Positions 21,450 through 33,459 of a stretch of DNA of 64,000 bases are shown piece by piece; within the stretch, counting starts at the first letter, position 1, and the number at the start of each line of letters is the position of its first letter. The position numbers and the translations under genes are program-made. The DNA lies in the NCBI GenBank assembly GCA_963699755.1, contig CAVOVB010000003.1, positions 288,001 through 352,000 of the forward strand, written 5' to 3'. Source of the DNA: an uncultured delta proteobacterium. GTDB taxonomy: Bacteria; Myxococcota_A; Polyangia; Polyangiales; Houyiibacteriaceae. A model generated the notes under the pieces. That model saw only the letters and a list, made by a program, of their open reading frames with translations. It did not search any database and was not told the origin of the DNA.

Positions 21450-23356
21450 TGGCGTATACCGCCAAAGACATCGATGTTCTCGAGGGGCTCGAGCCGGTGC
21501 GCAAGCGGCCGGCGATGTACATCGGTGGGACCGATGCGCACGGCTACCACCACCTGCTCTGGGAGATCCTCGACAACTCCGTGGACGAGGCCATCAACGG
21601 GCATGCGTCGCGCATCGAGGTTGCCCTCGACACGGACCACCAGGGGGCGACGATCACGGACAACGGTCGCGGAATCCCCGTCGATACACACCCGAAGTTC
21701 AAGAAGTCGGCGCTGGAGTTGATCCTCACGACCCTTCACGCTGGCGGGAAGTTCGAAGGGAAGAGCTACCAGGTGGCGGGCGGCCTTCATGGTGTGGGCT
21801 CCTCGGTCGTCAACGCGCTCTCGTCCGAGCTCACCGCGACTGTTTGGCGCGGAGGCAAGACCTATTCGCAGAGCTACAAGCGCGGAAAGGCAACGACGAA
21901 GCTCAAGTCGGGCGCCAAGACGAGCAAGCGCGGGACCGCAATTCATTTTCGGCCCGACACGGAGATCTTCGGCAAGAGGGCTGCCTTCGATGCGAAGCGC
22001 GTGGCGGAGCGTCTCGAAGCGAAAACCTATCTTCATCGGGGTCTCAAGATCGTTTTTGTCGACGAGAAAGCCGGGGAGCGTCAGGAGTTCGAGCATCCAG
22101 GAGGAATCGTCGAGTTCCTCGACAAATTGGTGACCGAGCGCGGGCAGCCCTCGGTGCACGGCGAGGCGTTCTCAGTCGAGAGCGAGGGAGAGCCCAGGTT
22201 CGAGGTGGCGCTGCGATGGACCGAGTCCACCGACGAGCTAATCCGCTCGTACGCGAACGGCATCCCGACGGGCTCCGGAGGCACCCACGAGACCGGGTTC
22301 AAGCAGGGGCTCGCGAAGGCCATTCGCAGCCACATGGAGACACAGAAACTCACGCCCAAGGGCGTCAAGATCACATCAGACGACATCCGTGAGGGGCTCG
22401 TCGCGCTGCTGAGCGTGTACGTGAAGGAGCCGCAGTTCCAAGGGCAGACCAAGGACCGGCTCAACAACCCCGAGGTGACGGCGCAGATCGAGTCAGCGGT
22501 GCGTACGGCGTTCGAGCAGTGGATGCTCAACAACAAGACCGCGGCCGAGTCGATCATCGCACGGGTGATCATTTCCTCCCGCGCACGGGCGGCGAGCCGC
22601 GCGGCAAGCCAGCAGGTTTCCCGTAAGACGGCGGTGAGTCATCGCTTGAACTTGCCCGGGAAGCTCGCCGACTGTTCAAGCACCAATCCCGACGATAGCG
22701 AGCTTTTCCTCGTCGAGGGCGACAGCGCGGGCGGGAACGCGAAGCAAGGACGAGACCGCAAAACCCAGGCAATCCTCCCGCTCCGCGGCAAAGTATTGAA
22801 CGCCGAGCGCGCGTCGCAGGCGCAGATTCTCGGCAATCGCGAGCTTCAGGACATCGTGAGCGCGCTTGGCTGCGGGATCGGGAAAGACTTCGACATCTCG
22901 AAGCTGCGCTACGGGCGCGTGTTCCTGCTGATGGACGCCGACAGCGACGGGCATCACATCGCGACGCTCTTGCTCACCTTCTTCTTTCGGATGCTACCCG
23001 GGCTCGTCAGGGCGGGACACGTGTTCTTGGCGCAGCCGCCGCTCTATCGCCTCGACATTGGTAAGCAGGTGTATTGGGCGCTCGACGACGAAGAGCGCGA
23101 TCGCATCATCGCCGACGCGCCTGGGAACGCGAAAGTCGAGATCAGCCGCTTCAAGGGGCTCGGTGAAATGACTGCGGAGGAGCTTCGGGAGACCACGCTC
23201 GACAAGACCCGGCGCAGGGCGCTCCGGGTCACGATTGACGGCGAGCTGGAGGCCGACCGGATCTTCAGCGAGCTCATGGGCAAGGACCCAGCGCCACGCT
23301 ACCAGTTCATCATGGAACAGGCGCCGGCGGCCAACGCCGTCGAGCTCGACGTGTAG
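21449..23356 (+). CDS. Type IIA topoisomerase subunit B (topo IV/ParE-like)
   Basis: VRKRPAMYIG, DNGRGIP, GGLHGVG, EGDSA, PLRGK, DADSDG, RFKGLGEM; GTG overlaps the A-subunit TAG by 1 nt. Confidence 0.94.
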   Translation: MAYTAKDIDVLEGLEPVRKRPAMYIGGTDAHGYHHLLWEILDNSVDEAINGHASRIEVALDTDHQGATITDNGRGIPVDTHPKFKKSALELILTTLHAGGKFEGKSYQVAGGLHGVGSSVVNALSSELTATVWRGGKTYSQSYKRGKATTKLKSGAKTSKRGTAIHFRPDTEIFGKRAAFDAKRVAERLEAKTYLHRGLKIVFVDEKAGERQEFEHPGGIVEFLDKLVTERGQPSVHGEAFSVESEGEPRFEVALRWTESTDELIRSYANGIPTGSGGTHETGFKQGLAKAIRSHMETQKLTPKGVKITSDDIREGLVALLSVYVKEPQFQGQTKDRLNNPEVTAQIESAVRTAFEQWMLNNKTAAESIIARVIISSRARAASRAASQQVSRKTAVSHRLNLPGKLADCSSTNPDDSELFLVEGDSAGGNAKQGRDRKTQAILPLRGKVLNAERASQAQILGNRELQDIVSALGCGIGKDFDISKLRYGRVFLLMDADSDGHHIATLLLTFFFRMLPGLVRAGHVFLAQPPLYRLDIGKQVYWALDDEERDRIIADAPGNAKVEISRFKGLGEMTAEELRETTLDKTRRRALRVTIDGELEADRIFSELMGKDPAPRYQFIMEQAPAANAVELDV

Positions 23357-23382
23357 CGGACAAAATCGCGTCCGTTTTTTTT
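23356..23382 (+). terminator. Putative intrinsic terminator after the topoisomerase B gene
   Basis: CGGAC-AAAATCGC-GTCCG hairpin followed by T8. Confidence 0.55.
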
Positions 23383-23447
23383 GACGGGCTCAGTCGGTTC
23401 TGGTTGAACCACTTCAGGAAGTACTTCGATAGCTCCGGGGAGTGGTG

Positions 23448-24527
23448 ATGCAATCGACTTGTCATGTTTGCGAAAAGAGCTTCGAGGCGCGTTTTCGCTA
23501 CCAGGTTCGCGAAGAGGACGGGCAGTACCTGTACATTTGCTCGACGGCTTGTCAGCAGAAGCTGCTCCTAGGAGCCGATGGGGTTCATGCCTGTGACACC
23601 TGCGGTGCGACCTTCGAGATCGAATACCCCTATCAGATGAGCGTGAGCGACGGGCTTCGCCAGTATTTCTGCTCGACCGGATGCCGAGAGCGCGGGGAGC
23701 AACGCCAGAGCGAGGTGGGGCTGACGCGCAGGTCACCGAAGCGAATCGCGGTTTTCAATCACAAGGGTGGCACGGGGAAGACGACGACGTCGATCAATCT
23801 CGCTGCGGGCTTAGCAGAGTCAGGACGACGTGTCTTGCTCATCGATGCGGACGGACAAGGCAATGTGGGCGCTTCACTTGGAATCGCTGGGCAGCGCACG
23901 CTCTACCACGTTCTGGTGAACGGCGTGAAGGCGTCTGACGTTGCGATTCCCGTGCGAGCGGGGCTCGACGTCCTGACCTCGAACGAGTCGCTTGCGGCCG
24001 CCGAGCTCTTTCTTGCCGAGCGGCCGAATCGGGACCGAATCATGCGCGAGCGCCTGGGCGATGCCTGTAGAGACTATGACGCCGTTGTCGTCGACTGCGC
24101 GCCGGCGCTTTCGCTCATGAACCAGAACGCAATGGTGTACGCGGACAGTGTCGTCGTTCCGGTCGCTTGCGACTACCTCTCGTTGATCGGTGTGAAGCAA
24201 GTTCTGCGGACGATTCGCAATGTTCGCGATCTGCTTCAGCACAACGTAGAGCTTCTTGGGGTATTGCCGACCTTCTTCGACGTGCGCAATCGAATTTCGC
24301 GAGAGGCGATTCTGACCCTTCGTGAGCACTTCGAGGCACGCTGCTACGATCCGATTCGAATCAACACCAAACTCCGTGAGGCCCCGAGCGCGAAGCAGAC
24401 GATCTTCGAGTACGCGCCGAAGAGCCACGGCGCGGAGGACTACATGCGCTTGGTGCAACGGGTCACGGCCGTTGCCGCTACCGGTCACAGAGCGGAGATG
24501 CGGGCTTCGCTCTCGGTCGCATCTTAG
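23448..24527 (+). CDS. ParA/Soj-family ATPase with two N-terminal TRASH/YHS-like Cys-rich domains
   Basis: CHVC..YICSTAC and CDTC..YFCSTGC; deviant Walker A KGGTGKTT, DADGQGN, VVVDCAP. Confidence 0.9.
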   Translation: MQSTCHVCEKSFEARFRYQVREEDGQYLYICSTACQQKLLLGADGVHACDTCGATFEIEYPYQMSVSDGLRQYFCSTGCRERGEQRQSEVGLTRRSPKRIAVFNHKGGTGKTTTSINLAAGLAESGRRVLLIDADGQGNVGASLGIAGQRTLYHVLVNGVKASDVAIPVRAGLDVLTSNESLAAAELFLAERPNRDRIMRERLGDACRDYDAVVVDCAPALSLMNQNAMVYADSVVVPVACDYLSLIGVKQVLRTIRNVRDLLQHNVELLGVLPTFFDVRNRISREAILTLREHFEARCYDPIRINTKLREAPSAKQTIFEYAPKSHGAEDYMRLVQRVTAVAATGHRAEMRASLSVAS

Positions 24528-24536
24528 GGGGGGTAC

Positions 24537-26368
<1,832 letters not shown>

Positions 26369-26370
26369 GA

Positions 26371-26565
26371 CGGGACGCGGAAAGTCGCGTCACGGGGTTC
26401 CATCGAACGGCTCGGCTTGCGAATATGGTCGGACGCACTTGGGGCCTTTGACCACACAAGCCTCGCCTCGGAACTCGCGCCAATCGGAGCTGGTTTCTGT
26501 CTTGCCGATGGTCACTCGTTACGTCGACTCCACCCCATGACGCGTTTTTCCGCGCCCCTCCATTC
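26371..26565. mobile_element. MITE-like non-coding element, copy 2 (between guaB and guaA)
   Basis: Same termini as 7763-8012 with a shorter, different interior. Confidence 0.65.
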
Positions 26566-26663
26566 GTATCCGATCGCATGCCTGGTCGTTTCCAGGCGGT
26601 GTGCAATTCGGCGCCCCGGTTGGCGTCGCTCGACCGGTTCGGGGGCTCATGTTAGACCCGCGC

Positions 26664-28208
26664 ATGATCGTTGATGGGGTTTTGATTCTCGATTTTGGGT
26701 CGCAGTACACGCAGCTCATCGCGAGGCGGATTCGAGAGCAGCACGTCTATTGTGAGATTCAGCCCTGCACCTATTCGCTCGCGGAGATTCGGGACATCGA
26801 GCCTCGGGCGATCATCTTGAGTGGCGGGCCCGCGAGCGTTTTTGCGGAAGGGTCGCCTAGCGTGGACCCCGGGGTATTCGACCTCGGGGTTCCGGTTTTG
26901 GGCATTTGCTATGGCATGCAGCTCACCGGCCATTTGCTTGGCGGGCAGGTCGAGCGCGCCGATGAGCGGGAGTACGGGCCGGCGCGTCTCGAAGTGCTCA
27001 AGCCCGAGGGCCTTCTTCACGGGTTCAAGGTTGGGTCCCACGTAGACGTTTGGATGAGTCACGGCGACCGCGTCCAGAGCCTTCCCGCGGGCTTCGAGAC
27101 AATCGCGCGCACCTCGAACAGCCCGTTTGCGGCGGTAGCGAACCTCGAGCGGAACATCTTCGGTGTGCAGTTTCATCCCGAGGTGGCGCACACGCCGCGT
27201 GGCGTCGAGATGCTGCGGGCGTTCTTGTTCGAGGTGGCCAGCTGCAAGCCGAACTGGACGCCGGGTTCGTTCGTCGAGCAGAGCGTCGAGTCGATTCGCC
27301 GTCAGGTTGGGGATCGCTCGGTCGTCTGCGGCCTGTCCGGCGGTGTGGATTCGTCGGTCGCGGCGATGCTGGTGTCCAAAGCGATCGGTGACCGCCTCAC
27401 CTGCATCTTCGTCGATAACGGTCTGCTCCGAAAAGACGAAGCCGAGAGCGTTGTCCACACGTACCGCGACCACTTCGGGCTCAAGCTGATTCACGTCGAC
27501 GCGGCCGACGAGTTTCTCGATCAGCTTCACGGCGTGAGCGACCCAGAAACGAAGCGAAAGATCATTGGCCGGGTGTTCATCGACGTCTTCCAGCGCGAAG
27601 CCGAGAAGCTCGATGATGTGGGTTACCTGGTTCAGGGCACTCTCTACCCCGACGTCATCGAGAGCCTTTCATTCAAGGGGCCGAGCGCGGTCATCAAGAG
27701 TCACCACAACGTGGGTGGCCTGCCGGACACCCTGCACCTCGAGCTCATCGAGCCGCTTCGTCTCCTCTTCAAGGACGAAGTCCGCGAGGTTGGCGAGGCG
27801 ATGGGCATGCCGCACGACCTGCTCTGGCGTCACCCGTTCCCAGGGCCGGGGCTTGCGGTTCGATGTCCGGGTGCGATCGAGCGAGAGAAGCTCGAGATTT
27901 TGCGGGAAGCCGATGCGATTTTCATCGAGGAGCTTCGCGCCTCCAATCTGTACGAAAAGATCTGGCAGGCATTTTGTGTGATTTTGCCGGTGCGCACCGT
28001 GGGCGTGATGGGCGACGAGCGGACATACGACTACGTGGTTGCCATTCGCGCGGTCGACTCCCGCGACGGCATGACCGCCGACTGGGCACGCATCCCACAC
28101 GAGGTTTTGGCTCGGGTCTCGACTCGCATCATCAACGAGGTCCGGGGCTGCAACCGCGTCTGCTACGATATCTCGTCCAAGCCCCCGTCGACGATCGAAT
28201 GGGAGTAA
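26664..28208 (+). CDS. guaA: GMP synthase (glutamine-hydrolysing)
   Basis: [43 protein letters not shown]; start could be 26649. Confidence 0.97.
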   Translation: MIVDGVLILDFGSQYTQLIARRIREQHVYCEIQPCTYSLAEIRDIEPRAIILSGGPASVFAEGSPSVDPGVFDLGVPVLGICYGMQLTGHLLGGQVERADEREYGPARLEVLKPEGLLHGFKVGSHVDVWMSHGDRVQSLPAGFETIARTSNSPFAAVANLERNIFGVQFHPEVAHTPRGVEMLRAFLFEVASCKPNWTPGSFVEQSVESIRRQVGDRSVVCGLSGGVDSSVAAMLVSKAIGDRLTCIFVDNGLLRKDEAESVVHTYRDHFGLKLIHVDAADEFLDQLHGVSDPETKRKIIGRVFIDVFQREAEKLDDVGYLVQGTLYPDVIESLSFKGPSAVIKSHHNVGGLPDTLHLELIEPLRLLFKDEVREVGEAMGMPHDLLWRHPFPGPGLAVRCPGAIEREKLEILREADAIFIEELRASNLYEKIWQAFCVILPVRTVGVMGDERTYDYVVAIRAVDSRDGMTADWARIPHEVLARVSTRIINEVRGCNRVCYDISSKPPSTIEWE

Positions 28209-28501
28209 GAATCGCCACTCTCCTGCTGGCACTGCTTGCCTCGGGCTGCGCCAAGAAGAGCACGCTCGTTCCGGAGCCCGCGCGCCTGCGAATCATGGCG
28301 ACTCCGCCGAATGCCTCGGTGTACATCGACGGGCACTATTTCGGTCGAGCCACGGTGCTGTCCCAGGAACCGAAAGCGCTGGCGCCCGGCGTTCATCTCA
28401 TGACGGTGCAGGCCGAGGACCACTTTCCGCACGACATGGAGCTAGACCTGCCCCGCGGCGTCACGACGATCACCGTCGAGCTTCGACCGATTCCGCCCTA
28501 A
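28199..28501 (+). CDS. PEGA-domain lipoprotein
   Basis: Lipobox [21 protein letters not shown]-like pattern. Confidence 0.75.
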   Translation: MGVRIATLLLALLASGCAKKSTLVPEPARLRIMATPPNASVYIDGHYFGRATVLSQEPKALAPGVHLMTVQAEDHFPHDMELDLPRGVTTITVELRPIPP

Positions 28502-28558
28502 ACGGGGTTTGGTTACACCACCCGTCCACCCCCACAGGCGGCGTCCGTGTCAGCGACC

Positions 28559-29530
28559 CTAGTTCGAAAGCACGCCCTTTAGCTCTTGGCTGGTCTCGTA
28601 CTCTTCTTCGATCATCGGGCCGGCTAGTCTGACCACGAGGTGGTTGGGGCTCATTTGCTTGAGGGCTTGGAGCTCGGCGTACTTTTCCCCGATGTCTTCG
28701 TTCACGAGGACGAGGTTGGCCTGGGCTCGGACGAAGTCAGGGCGCTTGGCCACCGTTTGCTTGAGGAGCATCTCGCAGCGGGCCGGGTCGACGTAGCGCT
28801 CGAAGGCTTCCATCGCCCGGAGAAAGGTGCGAACGGGCGGGTCTTCTGGGCCTTCGTCGGCGTATCTCATCATGCGATCGTACTCGAGCCAGTCGCCGCG
28901 CAGGCGGAAGTAGTTGGCGTTGGCCAAATAAGCCAGCTGCGCCTTCGGATCTTGGCTAATCGCTTGCTTGATCAAGTCCGCCCCCGCAACGAGCGGCTCT
29001 TCAGCGAGGACACGCAAGGCACGAACCACTTTCTGTAGGTCTGCGGTCTTGGTTTTCAGCTTTGCCGCGCGCGCCTCGTCCTGCGCGCCGGTCTCACCCT
29101 GTTCGAGCGGACGGCTCAGGCTCAGCTGGCGCAACTCGGTCAGGTCCCGGCGGCGTTGATGGTCGAGAATCCATGCAGCCGTCATGAGCGCGCCGGCGTA
29201 AGAGAGCTCGAGATAGCCGCGAACGGTCAACGCTTCGGCTCCCTGCCGTCCTGCGGCGAAGCGCCTCGCTGCCTCGTACTCAGGCAGACGGTCGCCCCGG
29301 ATGATCTCCAGCACCTGCGCCATCGAGGTCACCGGCGTGTCCGGAGGCGGAATCGGCGGGATGCCGTAGGCTTTCTGGAACTCCTGAACGACCTGAGCAG
29401 CCTCGGGGGGCCGCATGGTTTCCAAGTCGACGCCCTTGCCGATCGTCGAGCCGTCGTTCGTAGAGGATTTAGACGAGGCGCATGCGCTCAATGCGAGAAT
29501 CATCAGCCATGCGGAGACCGTTCGTTTCAT
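28559..29530 (-). CDS. Hypothetical helical (TPR-like) lipoprotein
   Basis: Lipobox LSAC; all-alpha composition. Confidence 0.7.
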   Translation of the reverse strand: MKRTVSAWLMILALSACASSKSSTNDGSTIGKGVDLETMRPPEAAQVVQEFQKAYGIPPIPPPDTPVTSMAQVLEIIRGDRLPEYEAARRFAAGRQGAEALTVRGYLELSYAGALMTAAWILDHQRRRDLTELRQLSLSRPLEQGETGAQDEARAAKLKTKTADLQKVVRALRVLAEEPLVAGADLIKQAISQDPKAQLAYLANANYFRLRGDWLEYDRMMRYADEGPEDPPVRTFLRAMEAFERYVDPARCEMLLKQTVAKRPDFVRAQANLVLVNEDIGEKYAELQALKQMSPNHLVVRLAGPMIEEEYETSQELKGVLSN

Positions 29531-29563
29531 GGCGCGGAGGCTAGCACAGCCCTCGGGCGGCCC

Positions 29564-30415
29564 CTAGAAGCGGACGAAAACGTCGAACTCTGGGGATATG
29601 TTGCCGAGCACGTCCCCGGGCACGACGAGGTAGAAACCCTCGACGAAGAAACTGCTGTAGCCGACCCCAAGCCGGATGTTGGCGCGGTCCCACGAGAACA
29701 CGAAGCCGGGGATGACGGCGAATGCGTTCTTCAATTCGCTCAGATCCGCCTCGAGCTGGAGGCCGATGGTCGGGTTGTTGGCGTCGAGCGTCCCGTTGAT
29801 CGCGAGGTTGCTGACATGGGGCACCCATCTCACGGTGAACGTGAAGGCGACCACCCGAGAGAGCCGCCATTCGGCCATCCCCCAGAGCTGAAGGAAATCC
29901 ACCACGAGTGCGCCTTCGATGGAATCTCCTCCCGGCTTGGAATCTGCCTCTCCGTTGACGGCGGTGTAGAGGGCGCCGAAGTGCAGACTCACGTCGGAAT
30001 TGATCCGCGTCGACGCCGCCAGGGAGATCGGCAGAAGAAAATACCGCACTTTGGTGTTGTCGGCCGCCTCGATGGCACCTGTGAGGAAACCGGCCGCCAC
30101 GCTCATCGCCAGGCGTCTGCGGTCGTAGAAGGTCGACTTGAGCTCGATGTTGGGGGCGACGGTCTGGAAGATCGCCCCGAGAAGCCAAGGCATCGTGTAG
30201 GTGGTGACTTGGAGCTGGTCGAGGATGCCGTAGCTCAGCTGCATCAAGCCGAGGCGGACTCGCCGCCGATGGAGGCTATAGGCTGTCGTGTTGAGCAGTC
30301 GCTCTTCGTACGTGTGATAAGCGCGCGCCGCGCTGGGACGGAGCCCCATTCCCGCCCAAGTCACACCCACGAGGAGCGTTACCAGGAGAAGAGTGTTCCT
30401 GATTCGTCGAAACAT
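29564..30415 (-). CDS. Hypothetical secreted protein, probable outer-membrane beta-barrel
   Basis: Signal peptide (..AARA), alternating hydrophobic strands, C-terminal FDVFVRF beta-signal. Confidence 0.65.
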   Translation of the reverse strand: MFRRIRNTLLLVTLLVGVTWAGMGLRPSAARAYHTYEERLLNTTAYSLHRRRVRLGLMQLSYGILDQLQVTTYTMPWLLGAIFQTVAPNIELKSTFYDRRRLAMSVAAGFLTGAIEAADNTKVRYFLLPISLAASTRINSDVSLHFGALYTAVNGEADSKPGGDSIEGALVVDFLQLWGMAEWRLSRVVAFTFTVRWVPHVSNLAINGTLDANNPTIGLQLEADLSELKNAFAVIPGFVFSWDRANIRLGVGYSSFFVEGFYLVVPGDVLGNISPEFDVFVRF

Positions 30416-31386
30416 CGACTCTCCTCTAGGCTGCATCCGAACACGCCGGTCGCATCTCGGATGCTCTCACTGGTTTCCTCGATTATGTAGTTGAATGTCT
30501 CCGACAACGCCGGATCCCCGACGTCCACCAAGATCACGAGCCCCGACTCGTCGGCTAGGACAACCCGAAAGCTCTGGCTAATGCGGAACTCATCACCGTC
30601 AAAGCCGATGGTTCCCTCCATGACAAACGTGACAGGCAACTGGTCGATATCCTGGCCCGGCGGAACGTCATCGCCCAAGTCGAGTGCAACGCCTCCGTCG
30701 TACGAAGATTCGTAACATCCAGAGGTTTCGCAATCGCTGCCCTCGATGGGCACGAGGTAAAGGCAGTTGGCCGCCGTGCCCCATACCACCCGGCCGATCC
30801 CTCCGCTGTCCAGTGTCATCCACAGATCGATCGAGCCGTTGGCGGCGTCAGGCTCGGCATCATAGCCGTCCTCGAATTGCCTCGGGTCCAAGCCAGGGCA
30901 GATGTAGTTGACCCGAATCGCCCCGGTGGGACTTGGGAACGTCACCCCACCACTGCACCTACCATCCGGACAATCCGAGTTCGTGCTGCAGCCCTTGCCG
31001 TCATTGGCTCCACCACTGCAGATGGCATCGAAAACGACGTTGCCAACGCAGGTGCCATCGGGGCACTCCGCGTTGCTCGTGCAGGCGCTCCCACTGTTGG
31101 CCCCACCACTGCAAGTCGTGACGGTGACGGAGTCGAGCTCTTCTTGAACTTGGGCGATGAGCTCCAAAATCTCTTTGAAAATCTCCGAGTTTTGGATCTC
31201 CGCGGCAGTCGCCTCGATTTCGTCGGCCACCGCACCCATGATCTCGCGCCCAACGATCGCGGTGGGGTTGGCATAGGCTTGGAGCACCGGCTGAAGATCA
31301 GGGGCCGGAGGGGCGTCAATTCCCTGGCCGCATGAGCCGAGGGCGACTGCGAGGGCGAGCACGGCGCACGTATGAAGCCGACTCAT
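30379..31386 (-). CDS. Cys-rich lipoprotein with duplicated CSGG repeat
   Basis: Lipobox LGSC; CSGGANSGSACTSNAECPDGTC and CSGGANDGKGCSTNSDCPDGRC. Confidence 0.75.
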   Translation of the reverse strand: MSRLHTCAVLALAVALGSCGQGIDAPPAPDLQPVLQAYANPTAIVGREIMGAVADEIEATAAEIQNSEIFKEILELIAQVQEELDSVTVTTCSGGANSGSACTSNAECPDGTCVGNVVFDAICSGGANDGKGCSTNSDCPDGRCSGGVTFPSPTGAIRVNYICPGLDPRQFEDGYDAEPDAANGSIDLWMTLDSGGIGRVVWGTAANCLYLVPIEGSDCETSGCYESSYDGGVALDLGDDVPPGQDIDQLPVTFVMEGTIGFDGDEFRISQSFRVVLADESGLVILVDVGDPALSETFNYIIEETSESIRDATGVFGCSLEESRCFDESGTLFSW

Positions 31387-32036
31387 GATGCGGTCACCTT
31401 AGCGCGTTGTCGCCTCTGCTCCACCAACTTTCGGGCGCTAACCAAGACCATCGGAATCACGAACCAGCCTGCGGTCCAGGCGCCGGGCCCGATGAAGGCG
31501 AAGCCGGTATTCAAAAAGGCGGTGACCGGTTCGATGATCGCGCTCCGGAGCACCTCGTCTTTTTCGCTGTCGTTCAGATCAGCGCGCGTGAGGCCGTTCT
31601 TGCGCGCGTAGGACCAGCCTGCGACGCCGATGAAGCCCGAAAGGGCAAGCGAAAGGGATTGCCCAACCGGTGAGGAAAGGCTCTCGAGCTTCGGGTCTGC
31701 GATCGCGAAAAACAGGAACAGACAAACGAAAATCAATTGCAAAAGACACAGCAGCGTGTGTCTTGGGTTGGTTCTCTCCAGAGGCCCCAGCAGCTTGTGC
31801 GTCAGGTTCCAGGAGATCAGGGTCAAACCGACCGCGATGATCAATCGTAGCAAGTCAGTGGAATTTTCGATCAGCAGCGACAGCAATCCGTAGGGGAGCG
31901 CTTGCCAGGCCATGTCCTCGGTGTGGGGGAGGAACATGATGAAGTCCACGAAGAGCACCGCATACGCGACATCGAGAACGGTCTCGAGCCGACGCAGCTG
32001 CGTGCGCCCGGCGGCTACGCTCGGGTCTTCGCTCAT
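31383..32036 (-). CDS. TMEM175-like membrane protein (degenerate signature)
   Basis: About 6 TM; RLETVLDVAYAV resembles the TMEM175 RLEAFSDxxFAI motif; WNLTH in TM2. Confidence 0.5.
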   Translation of the reverse strand: MSEDPSVAAGRTQLRRLETVLDVAYAVLFVDFIMFLPHTEDMAWQALPYGLLSLLIENSTDLLRLIIAVGLTLISWNLTHKLLGPLERTNPRHTLLCLLQLIFVCLFLFFAIADPKLESLSSPVGQSLSLALSGFIGVAGWSYARKNGLTRADLNDSEKDEVLRSAIIEPVTAFLNTGFAFIGPGAWTAGWFVIPMVLVSARKLVEQRRQRAKVTAS

Positions 32037-32233
32037 CTCCACACTCAAGTTGGGCCTTGATCTTTGGGCCAGTGTGACGAGACTCGCGCCACAGGAGCAG
32101 CATGTCAATGCGCTTCTCCCTTTTCCCGTATGCGAACGGAGGAAAGCCAATCATGAACACGACGAATCTCCGTAGGACTCACCCCCCAAAAAAGCTCTGG
32201 CGCACTTATGTTGACCGTTGCATAACGCAAGGC

Positions 32234-32659
32234 GTGTTGACACGTCTCGCCATTGCCGTGCTCCTGGTAACTGCCGGCACCGCCTGCAAGCACAACAAGA
32301 AGGCGAACACGACGGTGGCACGCCGTGCGTCGTTCGACCTCGCGTGCCCTAGGGAGGACCTCAAGCTCAACGTCGTCGATACCGAGGGCGCTCGCAAGAT
32401 GGCCTCGCAAATCGCGGTGCGCGGCTGCGAGCAAAAGGCAGTCTACGTCTACTACCCAGATTCCGACACCTGGATCATCGACGGCATCGTGACGCCGCTG
32501 GCCGCGGACTACCAGGTGCCGCCCCCGATCGACAAAGGGAGAGGGAAACGGGGAGACAAGAAGGCGGTGAAGGCCGAGAAGCGTGGCAAGATGACGAACG
32601 ACCCGTCCGCACCGGTCGAGCCCGAGGCACCTGCGGGCGACCTCCCTGATCCGACCTAG
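32234..32659 (+). CDS. Hypothetical lipoprotein
   Basis: Lipobox GTAC; RASFDLAC..VRGC motif; start uncertain. Confidence 0.65.
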   Translation: MLTRLAIAVLLVTAGTACKHNKKANTTVARRASFDLACPREDLKLNVVDTEGARKMASQIAVRGCEQKAVYVYYPDSDTWIIDGIVTPLAADYQVPPPIDKGRGKRGDKKAVKAEKRGKMTNDPSAPVEPEAPAGDLPDPT

Positions 32660-32740
32660 CGCCGCTTTCCCTCCGTTGATGTGGCACGGAGCCGTGGTAC
32701 GTCTTTTCGCTCCCACTATGCCGAATCTCGAGGTGAGCTC

Positions 32741-33427
32741 ATGCGCCATTCGCTAATGCCTTCGGCTCAAGCAGCCCCGCACTATGGGGTGCTGCTGCTG
32801 GTGTTGCTGGCTCTCTTGGTCGTCGCACCGCTCTTGCCCACCGAGCGGGCTGGCTACGGGGTGGAGATCCTCTTCGACCTCGTCCTGATCACCGGCGCCT
32901 ACTCCGCGGCCTGGCAGAGCCGACATCGACTGCCGTTCTTCGTGCTGACGGGCGCCACGCTCGCCACGCGCTGGACCGATATGGTCCTCGACCACGGCGG
33001 ATTCTCCGTGGCGTCGATTGCCCTCTTGATTTTCTGGCTCGGCTATGCCGTGGCTTTGATCCTGGCCGCTCTGTTTCGCATGAGGCAGGTGGGGACCAAC
33101 GCGATCTTGGGGGCGATCGTGGCCTACGTGCTCGTTGCGGTGGCGTTCGAGTCGCTGTACCTGATGGTCGAGCTGATCCAACCCGGTTCCTTCACAGGAC
33201 TTCCGGCCGGCGGCAACCAGGCGGAGCTCGAGAGCGCGTTGCTCTACTTCAGCGTCGTGTCGATCACGACGATGGGCTACGGCGACATCACGCCGATTTC
33301 GGGGCTCGCGCGCTCCTTGTCTTCAATCGAAGGCATGTTCGGGACGCTCTATCTCGCCGTCATGATTGCGCGGCTGGTGGGGCTGTATAGCTCGCGCCCG
33401 ACCGACGACGCTTCGCCATCGGAGTGA
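32741..33427 (+). CDS. Potassium channel family protein (Ion_trans_2)
   Basis: YFSVVSITTMGYGD selectivity filter. Confidence 0.88.
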   Translation: MRHSLMPSAQAAPHYGVLLLVLLALLVVAPLLPTERAGYGVEILFDLVLITGAYSAAWQSRHRLPFFVLTGATLATRWTDMVLDHGGFSVASIALLIFWLGYAVALILAALFRMRQVGTNAILGAIVAYVLVAVAFESLYLMVELIQPGSFTGLPAGGNQAELESALLYFSVVSITTMGYGDITPISGLARSLSSIEGMFGTLYLAVMIARLVGLYSSRPTDDASPSE

Positions 33428-33459
33428 CGAAACCGGGCTTTTGAGGTACCAATCGCAGC

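Noticed and set aside
23357..23447. Centromere-like (parS/parC) repeats for the ParA-RHH pair
   Set aside because: No iterated repeats or parS palindrome visible upstream or downstream
30940..31115. Three CCACCACTGCA direct repeats
   Set aside because: Explained by the CSGG protein repeats of the Cys-rich lipoprotein
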